A DNA stretch of 64,000 nucleotides, from the NCBI GenBank assembly GCA_043228905.1, contig JBHGNT010000068.1:1-64000 (forward strand), in the 5' to 3' direction. The position numbers were made by a program, and so were the translations under genes. Numbering within the stretch: position 1 is the first letter of the stretch; each line of letters starts with the position of its first letter. Below the pieces are notes generated by a model. It was not told the DNA's origin and searched no databases. It saw only the letters and a list, made by a program, of their open reading frames with translations. Shown piece by piece: positions 35,801 to 46,443 of this stretch. The stretch comes from Azolla caroliniana (Eukaryota > Plantae > Polypodiophyta).

Positions 35801-36613
35801 TCAGTTAGTAGTGCGATCATTTATGATCACTCGCCCGTCTCGGTAAAAGGCGCGATGGCCTTCTTTACGAGCTTGCATAACTCGTGGCATACAACTCTTG
35901 CGATGCTCAATTTGCATCTTAGTGAGGTCTTCATCGAGATAGATGGGGTCCCCATCCATTCCTCGAAGGATTGGTCTCTTCTTAAAGAAAGTGATTCTAG
36001 AGTCTAAGTCTTTAAATTGAAGGACTAAGGCTCTCTTCCTAGTTGTGTCACGCCCGGCCCTCCATGCTTTGGTGATAGGTAGGGCCTCTGTGTACCCTAA
36101 CATTTTCCCAAGTGTTTGTGCGTCCTCATTTGGGGATGCACCTTCCTTGAGCCCAGTGACACGTACATTTAAGCGTCGGGCCTGACGCATTTTCTCTTCT
36201 TCAAGGGTGGTGTTAACAATATTTTCATCTTTTATTTCTTTTTTAATGTTTCTTTTAACCACATCTACCCAACCCGTTTTAGCTAACTCTATGTTATTAT
36301 TAACTTCCTCTTTAACTTTTTTAATTTCGTCCTTTATATCCTCTATAGAGGATATTTCACCGTCTTCTCGAGATACCTCGATGTCCTTAAGTTGTTTTTT
36401 AAGGTCGATGTTTTCTACTTTAAGTTGTTCTATTTCGGCCTTGAGGGCGTCTTTTTCCTCTCTATCTTTTTTCTTGTAGGTTTCGGTGTCTTTCACCCAT
36501 TTTTTCATATCCATCTCTATTTTTGTTAAACGATTAAACATATCTAAAAAGTCCTCCTTACTTATAGCCTCGTCTTGTATATCCTTAAGTTCCTTAGTCC
36601 GTCTAGACGTCAT
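35801..36613 (-). CDS. LINE ORF1 protein (coiled coil plus RRM-like region), 270 aa
   Basis: The open ORF lies immediately upstream of ORF2. It has a charged heptad region followed by RRLNVRVTGLKE and IYLDEDLT, typical of LINE ORF1 proteins. Confidence 0.82.
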   Translation of the reverse strand: MTSRRTKELKDIQDEAISKEDFLDMFNRLTKIEMDMKKWVKDTETYKKKDREEKDALKAEIEQLKVENIDLKKQLKDIEVSREDGEISSIEDIKDEIKKVKEEVNNNIELAKTGWVDVVKRNIKKEIKDENIVNTTLEEEKMRQARRLNVRVTGLKEGASPNEDAQTLGKMLGYTEALPITKAWRAGRDTTRKRALVLQFKDLDSRITFFKKRPILRGMDGDPIYLDEDLTKMQIEHRKSCMPRVMQARKEGHRAFYRDGRVIINDRTTN

Positions 36614-36819
36614 TGTGGTGTCAATAAGAAAAAAAGAAGGTAAAATAAATGGGTTCGAGACTTAGCCGAGTTTTGTGTGTGTCGCAATCACATCGGCATT
36701 TTGTAGCACGGGACGAGCACACCAAAAGAACCCACCCACGAAACTCGTCGAGAAAAAGGTACTTCACCACATCAAGAACGGAGAAGAAAACACCCCGTGA
36801 CGGTGGCAGTCGTCAAAAC

Positions 36820-37216
36820 GACGGTAGACGACGGCAGCCGACGGCAGACGGCGGCAGCAGACGGCAGACGGCAGACGGCAGCAGCAGACGGCAGACGGCA
36901 GCAGCAGACGGCAGACGGCAGCAACAGACGACAGACGGCGGCAGCAGACGGCAGCCGGCGGTAGCAGACGGTAGAAGACGGTGGACGACTGCACGGTGGC
37001 AGACGGCAACGGCCGCAGATAACGGCAGCGACGGCGACGGCGACGGCGACGACACTAGCCGGCGACAGAGAGAGACGAGGAAGCGAGCGATAGAGAGAGA
37101 GAGCAGACGGCGACGGTTGCTGCGGCTGCAGACGACGGCTGCAGACGACGGCGACGGTGACGGCGACGGCGACGACAGCGACAGAGAGCCGTTAGCGACA
37201 GGGAGAGCCGTTAGCG

Positions 37217-37260
<44 letters not shown>
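36820..37260. repeat. GC-rich short tandem repeats and (AG)20 in the LINE 5' region
   Basis: cagacgg/cagcag/gacggc iterations, with (AG)20 at 37221-37260. Confidence 0.85.
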
Positions 37261-37266
<6 letters not shown>

Positions 37267-40200
37267 GCCATCGGGGGTTCGAATCACCTCGATCCCAAGA
37301 AAATAATGAAGGTCCTTCAGATACTTCATCTCAAATGCGTTCGACAACTGGGACTTGACGTGGTTGATTTCTGGAACACCCGGTTCGGTGATGGCTAGAT
37401 CATCAACATACAGCAGTATACATACCGGACCGGCTAAGCCTTGCCGAATGAACAATGAAGAGTCCGATTTGAAGGCCACAAACCCCATCTTACGCAGTCG
37501 GTGTGTGATCTTCGCATTCCAAGCTCGAGGGGTTTGCTCCAGGCCGTATAAAGACTTCTTCAGTCGGCATACCGCCGACTTATTCATCTCCGATTGAAAA
37601 CTGGGAGGCTAAGTCATAAAGACTTCTTCTTCAAGAGCACCTTGAAGAAATGCATTCTTCACATCCATTTGATGAAGATGCCACCCCCTTGCCGCAGCAA
37701 CCGCCAACACCACTCGAACCGTCGTCATCTTCGCTACAGGAGCGAAGGTCTCGTCGTAGTCGATTCCGTGGGTCTGCGCGTATCCCTTCGCCACTAATCG
37801 GGCTTTATATCGGTTAACAGAACCATCAGCGTTGTACTTTACCTTGTATATCCACTTGCATCCGATCGGTTTACAGTGACGGGGAGGGTAAACTAGGTCC
37901 CATGTCTCGTTGACATCAAGTGCTCGAATTTCTTCCTCCATAGCAGTGTGCCAATTTGCGTCCTTTGCCACTTCTGCGTAGCTCTCCAGCTCACGCACTT
38001 CCGCCACCTAAGTCATGTACGCATAGTGATGCGCCATGTACTCATTGTACCCGTACCGCGTGACGGGATCCTTCTAGCGGGTGGACCAGCGTAACTCGCC
38101 GTTACCCGGTTTGAGGCCCTTCTTGGCCGGTTCGGTTTTCGTTGCCGATGATCCGCCTTTCTCCTTGCCGGAGTCGAATGCACACTGATCCGACTCATCG
38201 TTGCCAATTTCGAATTCCGGCATCTTCTTCTTCCCCTTCTCTTTGCGCGTGAACCGTCACCTCGGTTCCTTGTGCGGGGAGTGCACAACAGAGTCTCCAC
38301 TACTCATGGGTTCCTCATCGGACTGGTCAGATTGACTCAGTCTCTCGTTCGGCCCACTCAACCGAAACGATTCCGGACTCTCATCCTGAGTCCATGCTTC
38401 ATCATCCTCTACCTGGGCCGGTTCAAGCTCACTAGCCTCATCCACCGACATCGGGTCGGATTCGGAAGTCAGATCCGGTAAGGAGTACCACGATGCCAAT
38501 TCATCGAACTCGACATCTCGACTAACTCGAACCTGCTTTGTCCGGGGGTTATAACACTTATAACCCTTTTGCTCTTCAGCATAGTCGATTAGGATGCATT
38601 TTTCCAATTTTGCATCCAGCTTCCTCCGCTTCTCATCCGGTACATACACATATGCAATGCTACCGAAGATCTTAAGGTGTCTCAAATTCGGCTTGCGCCC
38701 AAAATACAGCTCGTGAGTTAACACCTTGTCACCGATCCAGTTTTGGATGTAGACAGCCCAGTAGAATTTGGGCATGCTCTTCTCCTCCAGCATTGCCCTT
38801 GTCGCATCAATAAGCGATCGGTTCTTCCTCAATAAGCATCCGAATGGATTAGGTCGAGCTTGTTATGGCTCCGGTTACGTTCGGTAGGGAATGGAAGCCG
38901 GTGTTGCTTCCCGAGTTGGCAGGCTTCACATACTTGGGCCTTCCGGCCGCTAAACTTCGGCAAACTGAAAACAACTTGTTTCGTTTGCAGGTCTTGAAGC
39001 CTCCGGTAATTAACGTGGCCTGTCCGCTTGTGCCACAGGTCGATGTCCGATTTGACCTTTTATCCTTTTGCGAACAGAGCGGTGCCGACGTCATTGGTGT
39101 CGAGGATAAACATCCTCCCGTCTCTACGCCCTTGCGCAATAATTTGGCCCTCTTCCTCGATGAAGCACCCGAGGTGCGTAAACCGCACCTGCATACCCTG
39201 GTCGACGATCTGTCCGACCGACACCAGGTTCTTCGTGATTGTCGGAACGTGTAATACGTTCATCAGCTTCCCCTTCTGTCCGACGTGGCTCAAAGAGACT
39301 TCTTCGACGTGCACGATTGGGTGAGGAGTGTCGTCTCCAGTTTTGACTACTCCTGGTTGATCCGGTTTCTCCAAAAAGGAGAACCACTCTTTGTGGCTCA
39401 TCATGTGGTGCGACGCACCAGAATCAACATACCACACTTCCTCCGATTTGGAAGTGATCTTCTTCATCAAGTTCGCCTCGTGCTTCATCACCAAGGCTGG
39501 CCCGTTACCGTTCTTGGATCCTCTCGATCCCTTCGCGTAGTGAGAACCGTGCCAGCCATCCTTGTCAGCCTTGCCGGATCCGGACTTGTCCGAACGGTGC
39601 GTTTTCTCCAGCACTCGCTTTCTCTGTGGCCCTTTTTGCCACAGTACCAGCATTCCGTTGCAGATTTGTCTTGTTGGCCTCCGGCACCACCTTGACTCCC
39701 CCTGCCTATGGAAGTCCCGGAACTGTTGTCGGCACGTTCTCTGTGCCTTCGTTCTTGCTCTTGTCGGCCGCCTCCATTGCGTGCCGACCCGCCTTGTCCA
39801 CCATGCCCACGGGACCGATCCGCCTCCGTGTACAGCATCCGGTTGTCAATGGGTGCGCTAGTTGATGCACCGGCGTGGTTCTCCTCTACAAGGAGCATCA
39901 ACTGTAAGTCGAAAATTGACGGTGTATTCTCCCTTGTACACACCACCGTTCAGAACGCTCTGAACTTAGACGACAGGCCCCCAAGACAGACATGTACCAT
40001 CTCGTCTTCCCCTACGGTAACGTTGATGGAGGCAAGCGAGTCGCAAATCTCTTTGATCCGGGCCATGTAATCCGCCACTGACATGTCCTTCTATCAGACA
40101 TTGCTCAACTCCTATCGGAGTTGCAGCTTCTGGGCTGTAGTGCTCGCGGCAAAAACCTTCTTCAGGTTTCCCCAAGCCTCCTTCAGCGTCTTGGAGTTTC

Positions 40201-40444
40201 GAATGTGGCTCAGCAACTAGTCTCCGACACTCGACGCGAAGCAGTACATCACTCTGCTTGCCGATTGTTCCCACACTGGGAAATCCTTATGTGCCGCATC
40301 AGGTGTTGTTTCGTTGGCTCCTTCGACGAAACTCCAATAACCATGCCCAAGCAGGTATTGGTGCATCTTGTACGACCAAGATGTGTAGTTGGATCTGTCG
40401 AGTTTCTCCACAGGGAGCGAGCTAGCCATTCCTCTATCCATCAC
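37261..40444 (-). pseudogene. Decayed copia gag/protease/integrase/RT 5' part
   Basis: [54 protein letters not shown] and LYVDD are present with stops and frameshifts. The integrase core is missing near 38835. Confidence 0.9.
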
Positions 40445-40534
40445 TTCTCTGTCTACTGTTCTTACGACCTATTAGGGTTTGCTTTCAAGCGTTTGTCGGT
40501 TGCAGAGGTTCTCAACCCTCGCACTCTAATACCA

Positions 40535-40924
40535 TGTAAACGATTACTTGCGGAAGCGTTAGAGAATAGAGAAGGCAGAGAATACACAGAGTACACGGGA
40601 GAGACAGAGAGAGCAGAACCTCAAAGCTATATTCAAAAACGATAAAAACACTCTCTCCATACAACTGTGCTCAGTAGCACTATTTATACAAGTCTTCATG
40701 GGACTGACAGAAGTACTGCATACTTCAATGCTCACACGAGCATCTAACACTTACTACGAGACTATAATTGGCTAGTAGTCTAAACTAATACTAGGCTTCC
40801 GGTTACCGATTGGATCCGACTAACCAGCTCCCCAGCTCACCGGCTCTATTGCTTGCCGGCTCGGTTGATCACCGGCTCAGGCTGATCTAGCCAATCCGGC
40901 TCCAGTTGAGCTTGCCGCTCAACA
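40535..40924 (-). repeat. 5' LTR of the decayed copia (390 bp)
   Basis: Runs tgtaaacg...gctcaaca, adjacent to the PBS, with TSD tgttg at 40925-40929. Confidence 0.9.
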
Positions 40925-41570
40925 TGTTGTAATATAGATATCACAAGAAAAATGTTAGACCCATATGAGACTCCTACAAATGTTATTACACATATTATGG
41001 CATTGGTCTTTCTCTCTTGATATTGCGTTTCAACTATATACCCTAGATCACCTTCATTAGGAGACTCTCGATCTCCAAGTCCTACAAAATAGCTACTAAC
41101 GAACACCTCCAATCAAGATACTCGTGGTAGCTAAGCTAACATTATTTGCGGAGCTTCTTACTTTCCATGTCACTTCTACTTCAAACTCCCTCACTTGGGC
41201 CTCTTAGATATGGCCTCATTGTGCCCATTGCCCACTATACACTTATGTGGAGCCTACTTGAACAACAATAACCTAATGTTGCCTAGACTAGTTCATAGGT
41301 CACACACTAATTATACTAGAAATTCAAGAAAAAAGAAGGTATATTACAAAAATGACATTGCGTTAAATCTTTATATGTCGTGATCCTATGTTTAACACAT
41401 AAAAAGGAATTTTGTTACTTATCCTATAGGCATCTCACCTCCTTTATACTCTCCCAAGTGTGGATCAATAATCCTCATAACATTATAAAATGATGAAGGA
41501 TTATAATGGTGAAACAATAAACTTGTCAAAACAGTTCTTACTAATTTCAATCCCAAGAGCTCAAGCTTAA

Positions 41571-41572
<2 letters not shown>

Positions 41573-41618
<46 letters not shown>
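41573..41618. repeat. (CT)23 microsatellite at a LINE 5' junction
   Basis: Read directly from the sequence. Confidence 0.95.
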
Positions 41619-41620
<2 letters not shown>

Positions 41621-43237
41621 AAGTATTAATGGAGGAAAGTCACCTTAGAGGTAAAGGTTTATATTGTTGCTTTGTAGACTTCAAGAAAGCTTTTGATATG
41701 GTACCTCGTGAGCATCTTTGGAGGTGGATGGAAGAACTTGAGGTGCCAAGTGAATATATGCGTGCAATTTCCCGAATATATGAGAAGGTTATATGTTGTG
41801 TGCATATGAGAGATAGACTTTCAGATTTTTTCAATAGCACTATTGGTGTTAAGCAAGGATGCCCACTCTCACCAACATTATTTGGTCTATGCATTGATGA
41901 ATTAGAAAAAATGGTTACCAAGTTTGTAAAAGAAGAATGTGTTGAAGAAGTTGCCATTGGGAATGTTGTGATTATGCTTTTGTTATATGTGGATGATGTA
42001 GTGCTTTTTGCAAATACTTCAGGAGATGCACAAAAGCTTATGAAGGCATTGGAAAAAATTCGCATGCATACTAGATTAAGTGACAATAGCTCTAAAACAA
42101 AGATTATGCTTGTGAAGAGTCAAAAAAGAGATAAATCATGCATTATGTACAACAATGAGCCACTTGAATGTGTGGAAAGCTTCAAATATCTTGGCCTTGA
42201 AGTTCCTTCAAATCATAAATGGAATGAATGTGCTACACGCAGCTTAGAGGTGGGTAAGCGAGCAATCTTGGAGATATTAAGTGTTGGGTCCTCAAGAAAT
42301 ATCTTTTTGACACTTTGGTGACCCCGGTTCTTCTCTATGGGGTGGAAGTATGGAGCGGTAGCATCCCTAAACCTACGTGGAAAGTGTTTGAAAATATCCA
42401 AAAACATTTTCTTACAAAGTTATTACACTTTAAGAAACAAACGCCCTACACCCTCCTCCTCCTTGAGACGGGATCGCTTCCCATTGAGATCATGGCCATG
42501 GAAAGGGTTGTTGAATACATGCTTAAGGTTCAAAAAAGCCCCTCACATCGACTTCCTAGAATTGCATGGGAAGCAAGCAAAAAGGTCCAAAAGACGCATA
42601 AAAGCAAAATTTTGTGTTCTGATTGGATGCGAGATTTAGAAAAATGGTTTGGTAGATGGGATGCAAGACACTTGCTTCATGATGCATCACTAGATTCATT
42701 TGTAAATGAGGCCTTTTTGCAACGCCAATGTATCATGACATGGGAAAAATGTGGTGGCTCACGCTTCACACATTATACTACAAATGTTGCACCTAACTAC
42801 AAAACCATATTCTTCGCGGAACGGGGAAGTCGTACACATCGATTCATGTTAGAGCCCATCCTGATATCTGCCATTCGAACCATTGCTTCCATGCGACTTA
42901 GCTCGCACGCATTGAGATGTGAGACGGGGTGTTGGGGCACAAGTGATGAGAGTGGCCGACTATTCACACTTTGCCCCAAACAAGTTCGAGAGTCTGAGTA
43001 TCACACTTTGATATAATGCTCTGCCTTTGATCATATTCGACCATGCTTTCCACATCTCTTCGATTGAGCCCAATCCTTGCACGAATTTCTCTCACAACCA
43101 CGATGTGCACTCTCGATTGCAACATTCATTGGTAAAGTTCTTGAACATCAAGAGTCGCTACTCACCTTCACACGTCTCACATGAAATGTAATATTTTTTG
43201 GTCTCATAGGTCATATTTGACCTCCGAAGACGATAAT

Positions 43238-43242
<5 letters not shown>
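41619..43242 (+). mobile_element. 5'-truncated RTEX-like LINE, second subfamily
   Basis: LYCCFVDFKKAFD, GVKQGCPLSP, LLYVDD, KYLG and MRLSSHALRCETG..ESEYH are present with frameshifts. A 3' stem-loop lies at 43201-43231, and (CT)n flanks both sides. Confidence 0.9.

Positions 43243-43318
<76 letters not shown>
43243..43318. repeat. (CT)38 microsatellite between two LINEs
   Basis: Read directly from the sequence. Confidence 0.95.
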
Positions 43319-43319
<1 letters not shown>

Positions 43320-44939
43320 ATATGGAAACCTTAAGTCTTTGAGCACCCGAGCATGCTGGCTTTAGACGAGCCTTCTCCAATATTGGCCATATCTTCACAT
43401 TTAGATGCTTAATTGACCAAACGAAAGCTCGCAAGAAGAAATTATATTGTTGTTTTTGTGGACTTCTGCAAAGCCTTTGACACAATCCCTAGGGAACAGT
43501 TGTTTGATAGGCTTAAAAGCCTAGAGATACCAAATGACATGATTTGGGCCATCTATGCTTTATATGAGCAAGTCTCCGGGTGTGTAAGATGCCCATGTGG
43601 CCTATCCGATTGGTTCACTAGCACCATTGGTGTAAAACAAGGTTTCCCCTTATCACCGACTCTTTTTGGAATATACATTGATGAGATCACTGATTTTATT
43701 GCTCATAAGGGAGGCAACGGAGTAGTCATTGGGGGGACGCAAGTTTATCTCTTACTGTATGCAAACGACATAGTCTTGCTCTCAGAGTCAGAACATGACC
43801 TACAAAAGCACCTTAATGCCTTAGATGACTTTTGCACACAAGGAGGATTGGTAGTGAATCTAGAGAAAAGTAAAGTCTTTATCTTTCACACATCTGCTCG
43901 AGTTAGGACTAAATGTCACCTAATCCTCTCTCATAGACCAGTTGAGGTAGTTGGATCATATGTATATCTTGGAGTCACTTTCAGTGCTCGCTCATGTAAC
44001 TTTTTGATGACACTGGCAGCCAAAGATACACTAACGAGAGGATATGCATCCCTCTCACTCTTAGAGAGACAATGCCACTAAGCATACTTTCAAGAGCCAC
44101 AGACTAAGGGATGACTCTTCGACTCATTAGTGACCCATTCCCTCATGTAGTCATCAGTAGTTTGGGCTCCAGGTCTACCATCTTTCATGTCGACGCAATT
44201 AGAGAGACCATTGGTGATGATGTTATCACGTCAACTCCGACGCAAATCGACAGTACCACATGGCATTATTAGAGCATAGTTCACTTTGCCCCCGATGTTA
44301 GTGGAAACACTTTTCCAACTTGTAGTTTTTATCCATAGGATACATAGTCAACCATAAGATAGGATATCTCGTCACGCTTTTGAGGCATCTTGATCCCTCT
44401 ATGGATCCGGAGATACTAGCTTTTGGTATAACATTATAGTGAGTTGGCTGGTTGCAAATGGCCTAGACATTAATAACCTACTTCCCCTTAAGTACCACGG
44501 GACTGATAAAACTTTAATCTCTCATGAGGATCGTAATAAAGTAATACGCCAAGAAATATGGCAAATTTACAGTCGATATAAATGGATCACCCCACGAGAC
44601 CCACTCCCATCTAAAATGTTGTGCTATAAGGAACACTTATCCAAATTGGGTTTGTCATTGGCCAACTTAGGATATTATCTCACCAACTTGAGATTGAGAA
44701 TTGTCATACTAATAGAGTCCCTAGAGAGGAAAGGATATGTAGATTATGTCACATAGAGATAGAGGATAAGTATCACTTCACATGCAAGTGTCCAACTTAC
44801 TCCGAGATAAGTATCACTTCACCATAACACATTTTGTACAATACTAGAACTCTTTTAGCTTTAATTCTTCTTCTTCTTCTTCTTCTTTTGATTGGATAAA
44901 CACCATATTTTGTTGTTAATATTTCTTTCTTTCTTTCTT
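43319..44939 (+). mobile_element. 5'-truncated decayed copy of the same LINE family as 31861-37260
   Basis: FVDFCKAFDTIPREQLFDRLKSLEIPNDMIWAIYALYEQVSGCVRCP is nearly colinear with ORF2 at 33175-34680. It ends in (TTTC)n at ~44922-44939. Confidence 0.9.
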
Positions 44940-46443
44940 GAAGACCCAAACCTAATTAGTGAATTCAGCTAAGCTTCTAATTATTTAAATGAACTAATAG
45001 AAGCCAAGTCATAATGGTGTTTCTTGTGTCTTCATTCTCTAAAGAAAGTCATTACTGTTTGGTTTTATGATTAATCATGTGAATGTGAAGTCGTAGAATA
45101 GATTAGAGTTTGATCAAGTAGTCCGTTTTTACATTACCAGTAGCTCAAGAATGCTTGATACCCACTCTTGGCCATCTAAAATAAAAGGGTAGAATACAAT
45201 TCTTGCACATTGCACAATAAAAGTAAGATGAAATTTCTAGTAAAAACACTAAAACACATTACATCTTTGGTGCCACTATTTAAAGCTTGCAATGCACTTT
45301 TTCTAAACTTTTGTGGGTATGTGTAAGCTAAGGAGATAAGAACCACTTTTTCTTATTTTTATCATCTATGTTAATTAGATTACAATTAATCCATCCTTGG
45401 AATCACATTTCCCCAAAGAGGCCAACTCATAACTTCTTGTACTTCCAAAGGTCACTATTAAGTACCGAGGGGTCAGTTTCCATGAAATTGTGTTTCCCTT
45501 AAAGTCACTATTGAGCAATCTTGCAATACATCTGCCTCTACCACCCCTCGAAAGAGCTATGCATAGAAGACCTCACATATTAGAGAGGAAGCAACCCCAA
45601 AGAGGCCTTAAATAAAGAAGTTGACCAGTAGGTCGGAACAACTAACTAGATGTAATGCCCTAACAAGATGCTAAATGAAAACATTGTTAGTCTTATTACC
45701 GAGAGAGGAGACTCATGACCAATATCCCAAATATTGTGAGATCAATATAACTATCCCACATTAAAAAACCCAGACCATAAACCTTGCGACTCAAATGAGA
45801 CATGCATCTATATCTCGACATTGGTGAACAAACATTCTTTTATCGTGCTTTATTTGACACATAAATTCCCTCATACGCCTTGTATAATAGACCGAGCACA
45901 AATTAATCCCCATAAATAGGGCCCTTCTATTATTCCTAACCCAAACTTTACAAAAAGCTTGGTGTCATTATTAGCCCCCTAACTTTCAACAACAATCAAT
46001 TTATTGAAAACCGCCAAAAGTCATGGAAAAAGTAACCATATACATAAAACATGGCATTACTTTTGCTTTCTCCTCCCTCCCTCTTTCGCTCTCTCTCTCT
46101 CTCTCTAGAATCTCTCCGAAGAAGACATCAATTCCATTCCAAAATCGAAAAAAAACTACAATTATCTAGGATTTTGGTAGGATTACAACAGTACAGAAAG
46201 TCATTCATGTCATCAAATGTGGGGGAGGAAAAAATGTTAAGAATTTAGAGGGGAAATTAATCAGTTAGAAAAAGAGCCCCCAAGACACAGAGAGGGAGAG
46301 AAGGAGGGAGAGGGAGAGGAGTGAAACATTCAAAACACCTACATGTGTGTGAGGTAGCAAGCCAGTCAATAATGTAGAAATGATGGAAATTCAAAATGGG
46401 TGACCAAAATCACTGTGTGTGTATGTTTCCTTATGTTTCTTAA

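Larger units (their letters stand above)
31861..37260 (-). mobile_element. Near-full-length two-ORF LINE (RTEX-like, inferred) inserted into the copia RT
   Basis: It has a 5' (TC)20 tract, a repeat-rich 5' UTR, ORF1, APE-RT-zinc-finger ORF2, and a 3' UTR with a stem-loop and (TTTC)n tail. The flanks rejoin as copia RT ...PDGIF|LSQRHY... Confidence 0.92.
29873..40924 (-). mobile_element. Older, decayed Ty1/copia element interrupted by a LINE
   Basis: LTRs at 40535-40924 and 29873-30286, TSD TGTTG (29868-29872 and 40925-40929), PBS-like tggtattagag at 40524-40534 (-), and PPT cttgagggggag at 30287-30298 (-). The gag/PR/IN/RT/RH ORFs are fragmented. Confidence 0.93.

Noticed and set aside
36649-37398. 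249 aa plus-strand ORF
   Set aside because: It is a translation of GC-rich 5' UTR repeats and (AG)20 running into antisense copia sequence.
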